Of a DNA stretch of 64,000 nt, positions 51,681 to 61,789 are shown in pieces. Below the pieces are notes generated by a model. It saw only the letters and a program-made list of their open reading frames with translations. It searched no databases and was not told the DNA's origin. How positions within the stretch are numbered: the stretch's first letter is position 1; each line of letters opens with the position of its first letter. A program made the translations under genes and the position numbers. The stretch lies in contig CAVQLK010000012.1 of assembly GCA_963713355.1 (NCBI GenBank), positions 36,679-100,678 on the forward strand, read 5' to 3'. The DNA comes from an uncultured Gammaproteobacteria bacterium. Lineage in GTDB: Bacteria > Pseudomonadota > Gammaproteobacteria > Steroidobacterales > Rariloculaceae.

Positions 51681-52946
51681 CTATCGATCGAGCAGCAATA
51701 AAGACAAATCCGGCCAGAAGGTAATGATAACCACGGCGAGCAGAGAGACGAGCAGAAATGGCTGCGTCGCCCAGTAGATTTCCGTGATGTCTTTGTTGAA
51801 TCGATGGCTTGCGATGAACAGGTTCAGCCCGACGGGCGGCGTCAGATAGCCGAGCTCCATGGCGGCCAGGAAAACGATACCGAGGTGAATCGGGTCGATG
51901 CCGTACTGGGCCGCGATCGGCAACAGCAGCGGCACGATGAGCACTGTTGCGGAGAAGATGTCGAGAATGGCGCCGAGAACGAGCAGAAACAGGAGCAGCG
52001 CGAGCAGGAACGTCGTCGGGCCCGTCACATACTCGCTGACGAACGCGAACAAGCGCTGCGGGACGCCGGTGTCGATCATGAGGTTCGTCGACGCCAGCGA
52101 TACGCCGAGAATCATGAGAATGGCGCCGACGAGCACCATCGATTCGCGCATGATGCGGGGCACGTCGCGCCACGGCACCTCGCGCAAGATGACGAGCTCG
52201 ACGAGCACAACGTAGAGGGCCGTGACGGCGGCCGCCTCGGAGACCGCGAAGAAGCCGCCGTAGATGCCCCCTAGGACGACCACCGGCAGCGGCAGGTCCC
52301 AGCGCGCGGCCCACATCGCTTGCCACGCTGCGGACCATGAGTCTTCAGCCGCGACGTGGCGCACATGGCGATTGCGCCAATAGCAATACACCGCGAGCAC
52401 GACGATCATCAGGACGCCCGGCAGCACGCCGGCCAAGAAGAGATCGTCGATCGGCGCTTCGGCGACGATTCCGTAAAGGATCAACGGCAACGACGGCGCG
52501 AACAGAAGACCGAGGCTGCCGGAGGCCGTGATGAGCCCGAGATTGAAGCGCTCGTCGTAGCCGGCCTGAGCCAGAGCCGGATACAGGAGCGCGCCGAGCG
52601 CGATGATCGTGACGCCCGACGCGCCGGTGAAAGCCGTGAATATCGCGCACGCGACGAGCGAGATCATCGCGAGCCCGCCCGGCAGCCAGCCCAGCAGCGC
52701 CTGCGACAAGCGCACGAGCCGAGCGGGCGCCTGGCCGGCGCTCAACAGGAAGCCAGCAAACGTGAAGAGTGGAATCGCGACGAGAACGGGCGTTTCGGAC
52801 AGCCCGAAGAACTCGATCGCGACGACGGACAGATCGACTCCTTGGCGCTCGAACCCGATCAGTGCGCCGGCGCCGATGACGGCAAACAACGGCGCACCGA
52901 GCAACGTGACGACGATCAGTACGATCGCGGTGACGGCGCTGCTCAC
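51681..52946 (-). CDS. TRAP transporter large permease (DctM family)
   Basis: AIPLFTFAG, FTGASGVTI and GYLTPPVGLNLF motifs; GTG start overlaps the small-permease stop. Confidence 0.9.
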   Translation of the reverse strand: MSSAVTAIVLIVVTLLGAPLFAVIGAGALIGFERQGVDLSVVAIEFFGLSETPVLVAIPLFTFAGFLLSAGQAPARLVRLSQALLGWLPGGLAMISLVACAIFTAFTGASGVTIIALGALLYPALAQAGYDERFNLGLITASGSLGLLFAPSLPLILYGIVAEAPIDDLFLAGVLPGVLMIVVLAVYCYWRNRHVRHVAAEDSWSAAWQAMWAARWDLPLPVVVLGGIYGGFFAVSEAAAVTALYVVLVELVILREVPWRDVPRIMRESMVLVGAILMILGVSLASTNLMIDTGVPQRLFAFVSEYVTGPTTFLLALLLFLLVLGAILDIFSATVLIVPLLLPIAAQYGIDPIHLGIVFLAAMELGYLTPPVGLNLFIASHRFNKDITEIYWATQPFLLVSLLAVVIITFWPDLSLLLLDR

Positions 52947-53458
52947 AGCGGTACCTCGGCGGCCGGTGCGCCGCGCAAGCGCTTGACGGCTTGCACGAGA
53001 AACTGCCATGCCATCAGCGCAAATGCGACGGGCATGACTGCTTGCAGCCACCAGGCCGGGATGTCGCCGAGCAACGTGTCGCCGAACTCCGCCGAGTCGC
53101 TGACGAATACCCACGCATACCAGGCGAGCGCAGCGCTTACGGCGGCGCCGAACGCGTCGGCGCATGCGGCCGCGACGGCACGCAACCGCGGCGGCAGCCA
53201 ACGCGCGAGGGCGCCCATCGTGATGTGCCGGCCGTCGCGGCTGGCCGCGAGCGCGCCGATCAGGCCAAGCCAGAGCACGGCGAGCCGCGCGAGCCCGTCA
53301 CCCCACGCGAAACCAGTCGAGAAAAAATTGCGCAGCACGATCTGTGCTGCGCCGAGCAAGATGAGCCCGCCGAGGATGACGACGATGAGCCACGTTTCGA
53401 GACTGCGGCCAGCTCGGTCGAGTCGAGCCCACCAGCGGTTCTGTGCGGAGTCGCTCAA
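52943..53458 (-). CDS. TRAP transporter small permease (DctQ family)
   Basis: Four TM segments; QIVLRN and GRHITM motifs. Confidence 0.85.
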   Translation of the reverse strand: MSDSAQNRWWARLDRAGRSLETWLIVVILGGLILLGAAQIVLRNFFSTGFAWGDGLARLAVLWLGLIGALAASRDGRHITMGALARWLPPRLRAVAAACADAFGAAVSAALAWYAWVFVSDSAEFGDTLLGDIPAWWLQAVMPVAFALMAWQFLVQAVKRLRGAPAAEVPL

Positions 53459-53475
53459 TGGCGGCTAAGGGCGGC

Positions 53476-54516
53476 TCACGGATGCGTTCGCCTGTACTCT
53501 GCCAATGCAGCGAGCATGCGGTCGAACATGGCGGCGTCGATGTCGGGACGCGCTCGCAACTGCGGATGGATGCTCTCGATCGTTTTGCGCCAGCCTTCGA
53601 CGTCCGCGTCGTTGACCGTCACGGTCTGCAAGCCGGCGCCCGCAAGAACCTCCGCCGCCTCGCGGTTGTCGTCACGCGCTTCGCGATCGAGCCCTTGGAT
53701 ATAGCGGCCCATGACCTCGCGAACGACTTGTTGGTCCGCTGCGCTGAGCCCCGAATACACGCTCTTCTCGATCGCGAAGACGCCCATCGAGTACGAGACC
53801 GGTAAATCCGTGATGTATTTGACCTTCGTGTGCCATTGCAGCACGAGTGCCGCAACGGGCGAGGCGAAAGTGATGTCGATGAGCCCCGTCTGTAGGCCCG
53901 TCAACACATCGGTCACGGGCAGCACGGACGGCGAAAGCCCCATCGCCTCCATGGCGAGGAAGCTGATGGCGTCACCCTCCGGCACCCACACCTTCTTGCG
54001 CCGCATGTCCTCCACACTGTGGATCGGCTCGTTCGACAGCAGATTCGCGAACCCGCCTTCGATGAAGCCGAACGTCACGAACCCCGCTCGCTCGAGACCT
54101 GCGGCGATCTCGGGATCGAACTGTGCCCGCACCGCATCGATCTCGTCGAGCGAACGGAAGAGCAGCGGTATCCCGTACAAGTTCAAGGCACCGTAGCGCT
54201 CGCCGAGGCCGCCCGCCGTGAACGCGCCGCCTTGCAGCTGACCGATTCGGATCTTACGCAGCACCTGCGCATCGTTGCCCATGACGCCGCCAGGATAGAA
54301 CTTGATGACGACACGGCCGGCGGTACGGGCGCTGACCTCTTCCGCGCCGGCGCGCATCTGCTGCATCCAACGCGAGCCGTCGGGCGCCACGGTCGCAATC
54401 TTGATGTCGGCGGCATGCGCAGTCGCCGTTGCCGTTGCCGTTGCCGCGGCGAGCACCGCGCCGAGCAGCAGCCTCACCCAGCAGCGGGACGTATTCACCG
54501 CTCTGCGATCGCGCAT
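53476..54516 (-). CDS. TRAP substrate-binding protein (DctP/TatP family)
   Basis: IKIATVAPDGSRW, YPGGVMG and LTGLQTGLID motifs; signal peptide. Confidence 0.88.
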   Translation of the reverse strand: MRDRRAVNTSRCWVRLLLGAVLAAATATATATAHAADIKIATVAPDGSRWMQQMRAGAEEVSARTAGRVVIKFYPGGVMGNDAQVLRKIRIGQLQGGAFTAGGLGERYGALNLYGIPLLFRSLDEIDAVRAQFDPEIAAGLERAGFVTFGFIEGGFANLLSNEPIHSVEDMRRKKVWVPEGDAISFLAMEAMGLSPSVLPVTDVLTGLQTGLIDITFASPVAALVLQWHTKVKYITDLPVSYSMGVFAIEKSVYSGLSAADQQVVREVMGRYIQGLDREARDDNREAAEVLAGAGLQTVTVNDADVEGWRKTIESIHPQLRARPDIDAAMFDRMLAALAEYRRTHP

Positions 54517-55352
54517 CAGAAGTACTCCCTCGAGGACGTGAGCAAAGTTTGCGCTTCCTGTTTTGCCAGCACGTTGAACAGCGTCATGCGCGGCGCATCG
54601 ATCGGGGCGTCAAGCACTTCCGTCAGAAGGCGGTCGTGCAACTCCTGATCGAACACGAGGCGCGCGTAGCGCCGTGCGTATTCTACCTTGATCGAGAGGT
54701 CGCGGCCGCCCGTGAGCTCGATGGCCCTTTCGAAGTGCTCGCGCGCGACGTCGGGATTGCCGCCAAGCGCCGGCGGCCGCAGCGAATTCAGAATGCCGAG
54801 ATAGCCGTGCACCGCTCCGTTCTCGTAGGTTTCGTCGAGCGCCAACGCCTGCTGCAGCGCCGCTTCGACCCACGGCAGCTCGGCGACGGCCGTCCAGTCC
54901 TCGCTCGTCGCGTCGAGGTGGCTCAGCCAGCTCACGGCATACGAATACAGCGCATCGAGATCCTTCTCGCCGACTGCCTCGAGCTCGGTCGCGAACCGAC
55001 CGTAATCAGCCTCGGCCCACCGGCAAGCGGGCTCATGCGCGAGGCAAATGGCCCGCTCGCCGTAGCGGCGAGCCTTGCTGGTCAACGTGACGGCGCGGTC
55101 GGGTGTCGCGAAACGCGACCCATACAGCGCGAACAATTGCGCGCCCGCCGAGAGGAGAGCGACGTTGTCGGGGCTCTGCGAAATGAGGCCGTCGATCAGC
55201 AGCAGGTAAGCCGGGACGCCGCTCTCGACGAGCGCCGGGTCGTCCTGATTCAGGATCGCCGCAGCGAGCGTGTCTGCCGCTTTACCGCCAATCAGACTCG
55301 AGCAACCCGCCAAGCCCAACGCTACGCAGGCGCACGCGAGTCTACGGACGAT
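54516..55352 (-). CDS. TRAP transporter TatT (T component) lipoprotein; start codon uncertain
   Basis: Lipobox LAGC, DPALVESGVPAYLLLIDGL, RPPALGG, HFERAIEL and N...K..A C-terminus. No in-frame ATG/GTG between rplS and the signal peptide. Confidence 0.8.
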   Translation of the reverse strand: MVRRLACACVALGLAGCSSLIGGKAADTLAAAILNQDDPALVESGVPAYLLLIDGLISQSPDNVALLSAGAQLFALYGSRFATPDRAVTLTSKARRYGERAICLAHEPACRWAEADYGRFATELEAVGEKDLDALYSYAVSWLSHLDATSEDWTAVAELPWVEAALQQALALDETYENGAVHGYLGILNSLRPPALGGNPDVAREHFERAIELTGGRDLSIKVEYARRYARLVFDQELHDRLLTEVLDAPIDAPRMTLFNVLAKQEAQTLLTSSREYF

Positions 55353-55386
55353 CGACCTCGCGCACGCAGGGGTTGCCCCGAGCGCG

Positions 55387-55731
55387 TCAGACCTTCTCTT
55401 TGATCCGAGCGGCCTTGCCGCTAAGGTCACGCAGGTAATAGAGCTTGGCTCGGCGGACATCACCACGTCGTTTCACCTTGATTTCAGCCACGGCTGGGCT
55501 GTGCGTCTGGAACACGCGCTCTACGCCCTCGCCATGGGAAACCTTTCTGACCGTAAACGAAGAGTTGAGCCCCCGGTTCCGTTTCGCGATCACGATGCCT
55601 TCGTAGGCTTGTAGCCGCTCGCGGTCGCCTTCCGTCACGCGCACCTGCACGACCACGGTGTCGCCCGGCGCAAAGTCGGGAACGTCCTGCTTGAGCTGTT
55701 GCTGTTCTATTTGATCGATAACCCTGGACAT
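55387..55731 (-). CDS. rplS: 50S ribosomal protein L19
   Basis: [15 protein letters not shown] and RRAKLYYLR motifs. Confidence 0.98.
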   Translation of the reverse strand: MSRVIDQIEQQQLKQDVPDFAPGDTVVVQVRVTEGDRERLQAYEGIVIAKRNRGLNSSFTVRKVSHGEGVERVFQTHSPAVAEIKVKRRGDVRRAKLYYLRDLSGKAARIKEKV

Positions 55732-55794
55732 ACCTAACATCCTCTGCCATTGCCGTTCGGTGGCCGTTGCGCGAAATCACACTATTCTACGCAT

Positions 55795-56553
55795 CTACCC
55801 GCGTGAGTTCAGCTCGCTCCACTCGGCCGTGAACTCCGTGAGCAGCTGCCGCTCCTCGTCCGATAGCACCCGGTTCGCCAGCAGCTCCGGCCGCCTGAGC
55901 CAGGTGCGCCCGAGGGCCTGCTTCAATCGCCAGCGTCTGATCGCCTCGTGATCGCCGCCTAGCAAGACCTCCGGGACCCGCCGCTCGTCGGCCGCCTCGG
56001 GCCGCGTGTACTGCGGGCAGTCGAGCAAACCCGCCGTGAACGAATCCTCGACATGCGAGCTTTCGTCGCCGAGCACGCCCGGCAAGAGCCGCGTTACAGC
56101 ATCGATCACGACCGCCGCGGCAAGCTCGCCGCCGGACAGCACGTAGTCACCGAGCGACAGCTCGGCAGAAACCTCCGCCTCGGCAAATCGCTCGTCGATT
56201 CCCTCATAACGCCCGCACACGAGCAGCAACCCCGGCGCTTCGGCGAGCTCGCGCGCCAAGCTCTGCTCGAACCGCCGACCCTGCGCCGTCAGCACGAACT
56301 CCCGGCACCCTGGCGGCAGGCGCGTTCGCAACGCACGCACCGCTTCGCGCAGCGGCTCGTACTTCAACACCATCCCCGGCCCGCCGCCATAGGGCCGGTC
56401 GTCGACCGTGCGATGGCGGTCGGTCGTGAAATCCCGGGGGCTCACTTGCTCGAGCGCGACAAGCCCGCGTTCCGCGGCGCGGCCGACGACCCCGAACTCC
56501 ATCACAGGCTCCACGAGCTCCGGAAACAACGAAATGACGCCGAAGCGATACAT
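55795..56553 (-). CDS. trmD: tRNA (guanine37-N1)-methyltransferase
   Basis: VDDRPYGGGPGM, CGRYEGIDER and SLGDYVLSGGE motifs. Confidence 0.98.
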   Translation of the reverse strand: MYRFGVISLFPELVEPVMEFGVVGRAAERGLVALEQVSPRDFTTDRHRTVDDRPYGGGPGMVLKYEPLREAVRALRTRLPPGCREFVLTAQGRRFEQSLARELAEAPGLLLVCGRYEGIDERFAEAEVSAELSLGDYVLSGGELAAAVVIDAVTRLLPGVLGDESSHVEDSFTAGLLDCPQYTRPEAADERRVPEVLLGGDHEAIRRWRLKQALGRTWLRRPELLANRVLSDEERQLLTEFTAEWSELNSRG

Positions 56554-56561
56554 CCGCGTTC

Positions 56562-57074
56562 TCAGTAATCCGTCGACCAGTCGACGACGATGATCCGAGC
56601 CGCGAGGTCCACCTGCTTCACGACCGGACCCACGATGAAGGGGACCAAATGCTGCGGCGAGCTCCCGACCACCAGCACGTCGTTCGCCCCGGTGGCGAGC
56701 AAGTGATCGACCTTGCCGAGCACCTCACCCGCCGTGGTTCGAACCTCGAGCCCTTCGAGGTCCGTCCAATAAAACTCGTTCGGCGCTAACGCCGGAAGGC
56801 CCTCACGTTCGACGACGATCTCGGCGCCTACCCATTCGAGCGCGCGATCTCGATCGTCCAAGCCTCGCAACTTTACGACCACGCTGCCGCCCTGGCTGCG
56901 CCCGTCCTCCACGTCGAACGGGCTGTCGACGCCGTTCAAGCGCAGCAGCCACACGCCGAACTGCGCGATGTTGGCGCGCGGCTCGGTGTAAGACTGCACT
57001 TTGAGCCATCCCTTCACGCCGAACACGCCGCTGACGCGGCCGAGCGTGACCCACTTTGTTGGCTTCGCGCTCAC
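56562..57074 (-). CDS. rimM: Ribosome maturation factor RimM
   Basis: GVFGVKGWLKV, EFYWTDLEG and TGANDVLVV motifs. Confidence 0.96.
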   Translation of the reverse strand: MSAKPTKWVTLGRVSGVFGVKGWLKVQSYTEPRANIAQFGVWLLRLNGVDSPFDVEDGRSQGGSVVVKLRGLDDRDRALEWVGAEIVVEREGLPALAPNEFYWTDLEGLEVRTTAGEVLGKVDHLLATGANDVLVVGSSPQHLVPFIVGPVVKQVDLAARIIVVDWSTDY

Positions 57075-57101
57075 TGCGGAGTCGCAGGGCGCGCCGAACC
57101 G

Positions 57102-57362
57102 CTACGCCGCTTTGGTGGCAGCGGCGCGGTATTGCTTGAGCAGATCCGTGACCCGCTCGGAGGGTTGAGCACCTTGCGCGACCCAGTGATCGACGCGGCC
57201 GAGATCGACGCGCAGCCGTTCTTCACCGCCGGTCGCAATCGGATTGAAAAACCCGAGACGCTCGATGTACTTCCCGCCGCGCGCACGGCGTCGATCCGCC
57301 ACCACGACGTGATAGAAAGGACGCTTGACCGTGCCGCCGCGTGCCAGCCGAATGACTACCAT
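57102..57362 (-). CDS. rpsP: 30S ribosomal protein S16
   Basis: [10 protein letters not shown]...[12 protein letters not shown] and GAQPSERV motifs. Confidence 0.98.
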   Translation of the reverse strand: MVVIRLARGGTVKRPFYHVVVADRRRARGGKYIERLGFFNPIATGGEERLRVDLGRVDHWVAQGAQPSERVTDLLKQYRAAATKAA

Positions 57363-57429
57363 AGCGAGAGACCTTGAGGAGTTCCCAAAACGCCAAGGCG
57401 GCCCGAAGGACCGCCCTTTAAGGCGCGCA

Positions 57430-57458
57430 ATTCTACTCAGTTCGGGACTCGAGTGTAA
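57430..57458 (-). promoter_or_regulatory. Sigma70 promoter of the rpsP operon
   Basis: Minus strand TTACAC-N17-TAGAAT followed by a GC-rich discriminator TGCGCGCC. Confidence 0.6.
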
Positions 57459-57470
57459 GCCCTTGCGTAG

Positions 57471-58835
57471 TTAGCGCCGGCCGCGGAACACGGGGGGCCC
57501 ACCCCCGCCTTTGCGCATGGCGCCGAGCAGGCGCTGCATACCCCCGCCCTTCGATAGCTGCTTCATGGTCTTCGTGAGCTGCTTGTGCTGCTTCAAGAGC
57601 CGGCTGACGTCCTGGACCGGAAGCCCCGCGCCGGCGGCTATACGGCGCTTTCGCGAGCCGTCGATGAGGTCCGGCTGCCGCCGCTCCTTCGGCGTCATCG
57701 AGTCGATGATGCCGATCTGGCGCCTGAAGACCTTGGGATCGAACTTGGCGGCTGCCAGCTGCTCGGGCTTCAGGCCCGGCAGCTTGTCGAGGATCTGCTC
57801 GAGGCCGCCCATATTGACCATCTGTCGCAGCTGCTCGCGGTAGTCGTCTAGGCTGATGCCCTTGCCTTGCTTGACCTTACCCGCAAGCTTTTCCATCTCC
57901 TCGCGGTCGACGGTCTTCTGCACCTGCTCGACGAGCCCGACGACGTCGCCCATGCCGAGAATCCGCGACGCGAACCGCGACGGCACGAACGGCTCCAGCG
58001 CGTCGACTTTCTCCCCGGTGCCGACGAGCTTGATCGGCAGGCCGGTGATCTCGCGGACCGACAACGCCACGCCGCCGCGTGCGTCACCGTCGGCCTTCGT
58101 CAAGATGACACCCGTCAATGGCAGCGCTTCGTGGAACGCCCGCGCCGAGTTGACCGCATCCTGTCCTGCCATCGAGTCGACGACGAACAGCGTCTCGCTT
58201 GCACCCACGAGCGCATGCAGCTCACGCGCCTCGCTCATCATCTCTGCGTCGACGTGGAGCCGGCCCGCCGTATCGAGAATCAGCCAGCGCTGCCCGCCGC
58301 GCCGGGCGGCGGCGAGCGCGTCGCGCGCGATCTCGGCCGGCGAGTTGCTCTCGCTCTTGAAAAAGCCGACGCCGAGATCGGCGGCCAAGGTCGCGAGCTG
58401 GTCGCGCGCCGCGGGCCGGTAAACGTCCGTGCTCACGAGCAACACGGCGCCGCCGCGCGTCGTCGTGAGGTGCCGCGCAAGCTTCGCGGCCGTTGTCGTT
58501 TTACCGGCGCCTTGCAGGCCCACGAGCATGATGACGGCCGGATGCCCTTGCGGTTGAAGCGGGCTCGCGTCGCCGCCGAGCACGCTTATCAGCTCGTCGT
58601 TGACGATCTTGACGAACGCTTGGCCGGGATTGAGGCTGCGCGCGACCTCCTCACCGAGCGCGCGGTCGCGGACTCGCTCGACGAGCGCCTTCACAACCGG
58701 CAACGCGACATCGGCTTCTAGCAGCGCCATGCGAATCGTGCGCATGGTCTCGCGGACGTTGTCTTCGGTGATCCGGCCGCGGCCCGTCACGCGTTGGATG
58801 GCCTCCGTGAGGCGAGTCGTCAACTGATCGAACAT
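57471..58835 (-). CDS. ffh: Signal recognition particle protein Ffh
   Basis: GLQGAGKTT, DTAGR, TKADGDARGG and an M domain. Confidence 0.97.
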   Translation of the reverse strand: MFDQLTTRLTEAIQRVTGRGRITEDNVRETMRTIRMALLEADVALPVVKALVERVRDRALGEEVARSLNPGQAFVKIVNDELISVLGGDASPLQPQGHPAVIMLVGLQGAGKTTTAAKLARHLTTTRGGAVLLVSTDVYRPAARDQLATLAADLGVGFFKSESNSPAEIARDALAAARRGGQRWLILDTAGRLHVDAEMMSEARELHALVGASETLFVVDSMAGQDAVNSARAFHEALPLTGVILTKADGDARGGVALSVREITGLPIKLVGTGEKVDALEPFVPSRFASRILGMGDVVGLVEQVQKTVDREEMEKLAGKVKQGKGISLDDYREQLRQMVNMGGLEQILDKLPGLKPEQLAAAKFDPKVFRRQIGIIDSMTPKERRQPDLIDGSRKRRIAAGAGLPVQDVSRLLKQHKQLTKTMKQLSKGGGMQRLLGAMRKGGGGPPVFRGRR

Positions 58836-59008
58836 TGGAGCGCTCTCAAATCGGGCTGAAAAACTCGAGTTCGACCGAAAGCCTAGCACGCGCATTCGTC
58901 GTGCGGCCGCCGTACCGCTTGCGGGGTCCGGTTGGCTTCCTTGACCGGAGTTTGCAGTTCCGCCAATCTAAAAATCGCCCCCGAGCCCATTGGAGACCCC
59001 CGAAACCC

Positions 59009-60295
59009 TTGAGTGACCAAACACCGATAGGCCTGTTGGTCATCGTGATCGTCGTGCTACTCGTGCTGTCGGCGTTCTTTTCCGCCACCGAGACGGCATT
59101 GATGAGCGTGAATCGTTATCGGTTGCGACACCAGGCTCGCTCCGGCCACCGCGGTGCGCGCATCGCGGAGTGGCTCCTCCAGCGGCCGGACCGCCTGATC
59201 GGGCTTATTCTGCTCGGCAACAACACCGTGAACCTCACGGCGGCCGCGCTCGTGACGATCCTCGCGCAACGGTTGGGCGGTCAAGGAGCCGTGCTTCCTG
59301 CCACTTTCATCCTCACGATCGTCGTTCTCATTTTTTGCGAGGTTGCGCCGAAAACGATTGCCGCGTTGAACCCGGCGCGCATTGCAACGCCCGCCGCGTT
59401 GATTTACTACCCGCTGCTCAAGCTCACTTACCCAATCGTCTGGCTGCTGAATCTGTTCGCCAACGGGTTGTTGCGCTTGCTCGGCGTCCGACCGGACCAA
59501 ATCGCATCGCATTCGTTGAGCGCCGAAGAGCTTCGCACGGTCGTCGCCGAGGCGGGCGTCATGGTCCCGCGCCGTCATCAGCGCATGCTGCTCAGCATCC
59601 TCGATCTCGATGCGGTTACGGTAGACGACATCATGGTGCCGCGGCAGGAAATCGTCGGGCTCGATCTGGACCGACCATGGGAAGAGAACTTGGGCGTCAT
59701 CCAGACGAGCCCGCACGACCGGCTGCCGGTCTATCGCGAGTACATCGACAACATCATCGGCGTTACTCGCGTGCGCGACCTGTTGCCGGAGCTCGCACGC
59801 GGCGAGCTCACGCAAGCGCTGCTGCTCGAGCGGATTCGCGACGCACACTTTGTTCCCGAGGGCACGCCGCTCACGAAGCAGCTCCTGAACTTTCAACAAC
59901 ACCGCCGGCGGTCCGCGTTCGTCGTCGACGAATACGGCGACGTGCAAGGCCTCATCACAACGCAGGACATCCTCAACGAGCTGGTCGGCGAGCTCGACCA
60001 CGACTCGACCGCCGTCGATCTCGGCATCACCAAGGAAAGCGATCGCAGCTACGTCGTCGACGCAAGCGCGAACGTGCGGCAACTGAACCGCGTCATGAAC
60101 TGGAATTTCCCGACGGACGGCCCGAAAACGCTGAACGGGCTCATCGTCGAGCTGCTCGAGACGATTCCGGAGTCCGGCACGGGCGTCACGGTGGCCGATT
60201 ATCCGATCGAGATCCTCGACGCGAGCGAGCACGGCATCAAGCGCGTGCGGGTGTTCGCCCCCGGATCTGCGCTACCCCCGAAAGCCGCGGCCTGA
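59009..60295 (+). CDS. HlyC/CorC (CNNM) family protein, YfjD/CorB-like
   Basis: SAFFSATETALMSVNRYRL, EVAPKT, DIMVPR and VVDEYGD motifs; divergent from ffh; TTG start. Confidence 0.9.
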   Translation: MSDQTPIGLLVIVIVVLLVLSAFFSATETALMSVNRYRLRHQARSGHRGARIAEWLLQRPDRLIGLILLGNNTVNLTAAALVTILAQRLGGQGAVLPATFILTIVVLIFCEVAPKTIAALNPARIATPAALIYYPLLKLTYPIVWLLNLFANGLLRLLGVRPDQIASHSLSAEELRTVVAEAGVMVPRRHQRMLLSILDLDAVTVDDIMVPRQEIVGLDLDRPWEENLGVIQTSPHDRLPVYREYIDNIIGVTRVRDLLPELARGELTQALLLERIRDAHFVPEGTPLTKQLLNFQQHRRRSAFVVDEYGDVQGLITTQDILNELVGELDHDSTAVDLGITKESDRSYVVDASANVRQLNRVMNWNFPTDGPKTLNGLIVELLETIPESGTGVTVADYPIEILDASEHGIKRVRVFAPGSALPPKAAA

Positions 60296-60302
60296 CCTTG
60301 AG

Positions 60303-61658
60303 CTAGCCGGCGTGCGCGACCGCGAGGGCGTCGCTCAAACGGTCGACGGGCACCACCTCGATTCGCATCGGCCGCCGCGGCGCGTTCGCTCGCGGAACGA
60401 GCGCGCGCTTGAAGCCGTGCTTCTCCGCTTCCAAGAGCCGCTCTTCGCCGAAGGGCACCGGGCGAATCTCGCCGGTCAACCCAACCTCGCCGAACACCAC
60501 GAGATCCTGCGAGACCGGGCGCTCCGTAAGACTCGAGACGACAGCGAGCGTGACCGCCAAGTCGGCGGCCGTCTCGCCGACACGTAGTCCTCCGACGATG
60601 TTCGCGAACACATCGCTGTCGCCGGAGGCGAGACCGCAATGCCGATGCAGCACTGCAAGCAACAGGCCGAGCCGCTGCGTATCGAACCCTTGCGCGAGCC
60701 GGCGCGGCGATTGCCCTTGAGCGGGATCGACCAGCGCTTGGACTTCGACGAGCACGGGCCGCGTGCCCTCTCTCGTCACGAGCGTCACGCTTCCCGCAAC
60801 GGCCGCGCCATGGCGCGCCAGAAAAATCGCCGATGGATTCTTGACCTCGCGAAAGCCCTCCTCGCTCATGACGAAGAAGCCCATCTCGTTCGCTGCGCCG
60901 AACCGATTCTTGACCGCACGCACGATGCGAAAGCGGCTACCGACGTCGCTCTCGAAGTACAGCACCGTGTCTACCATGTGCTCGAGCACGCGCGGCCCCG
61001 CGAGCGTGCCTTCCTTCGTGACGTGACCGATCAGGAGCGTCGCTACGTTGCGCGACTTCGCGAACCGCGTGAGCTGCGCTGCACACTCACGCACCTGGCT
61101 CACGGAGCCCGGCGCAGATTGCAGCTCCTCGCTGAACAGCGTTTGGATCGAATCGATCGCGAGCACGCCGAGCTTGTCTCGCGCGGCGACGCTTGCGAGC
61201 ACTGCTTCGACACAGGTCTCGGCGAGCATGTCGAGCGGCACGGCCCCGACGGCGAGACGCTGCGCGCGTAAGCCGATCTGCTCGAGCGACTCTTCGCCCG
61301 TGACGTAGCAGGTCGGAACGCGCGGCGCGAGATTCGCGAGCGCTTTCAGCAGCAGCGTCGACTTGCCTATGCCCGGATCTCCGCCGATCAAGACGACCCC
61401 GCCCGGCACGAGACCGCCGCCTAGCACGCGATCGAACTCGCTCAAGCCTGTCGTCAACCGGTCGACGGTGCCGACATCGACGCGATCGAGCCTCGTGAGC
61501 TCGACTTGACCGGCGTGCTGTGCGCGCTCGGCGCGCTTCGGCATCGCTGTCGCTTCCGTCAGCGTGTTCCATGCGCCGCAATCGGGACATTGGCCTTGCC
61601 ATTTCGGCTGCTGCCCGCCGCAGCTTCCGCACGTGTAAATCGCTCGCGCCTTCGCCAT
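60303..61658 (-). CDS. radA: DNA repair protein RadA/Sms
   Basis: C4 zinc finger, GDPGIGKST, KNRFG and a Lon-like C-terminus. Confidence 0.97.
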   Translation of the reverse strand: MAKARAIYTCGSCGGQQPKWQGQCPDCGAWNTLTEATAMPKRAERAQHAGQVELTRLDRVDVGTVDRLTTGLSEFDRVLGGGLVPGGVVLIGGDPGIGKSTLLLKALANLAPRVPTCYVTGEESLEQIGLRAQRLAVGAVPLDMLAETCVEAVLASVAARDKLGVLAIDSIQTLFSEELQSAPGSVSQVRECAAQLTRFAKSRNVATLLIGHVTKEGTLAGPRVLEHMVDTVLYFESDVGSRFRIVRAVKNRFGAANEMGFFVMSEEGFREVKNPSAIFLARHGAAVAGSVTLVTREGTRPVLVEVQALVDPAQGQSPRRLAQGFDTQRLGLLLAVLHRHCGLASGDSDVFANIVGGLRVGETAADLAVTLAVVSSLTERPVSQDLVVFGEVGLTGEIRPVPFGEERLLEAEKHGFKRALVPRANAPRRPMRIEVVPVDRLSDALAVAHAG

Positions 61659-61789
61659 GCCGCGAGAATAGCCGAAGTCCGCTGTTGCCGGACGCGGCGC
61701 GCGACGTGCGGCACGGAAACCGGTAGCGCATCACACGAGGCCCGTGACTGCGCGTGGCATACTGCGCGCCGCCGAGGGCACGCAAAATC

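Noticed and set aside
54425-54446. (GCCGTT)3 tandem repeat as a phase-variation tract
   Set aside because: It is a short in-frame hexamer encoding Ala-Thr in a signal peptide, so copy changes would keep the frame.
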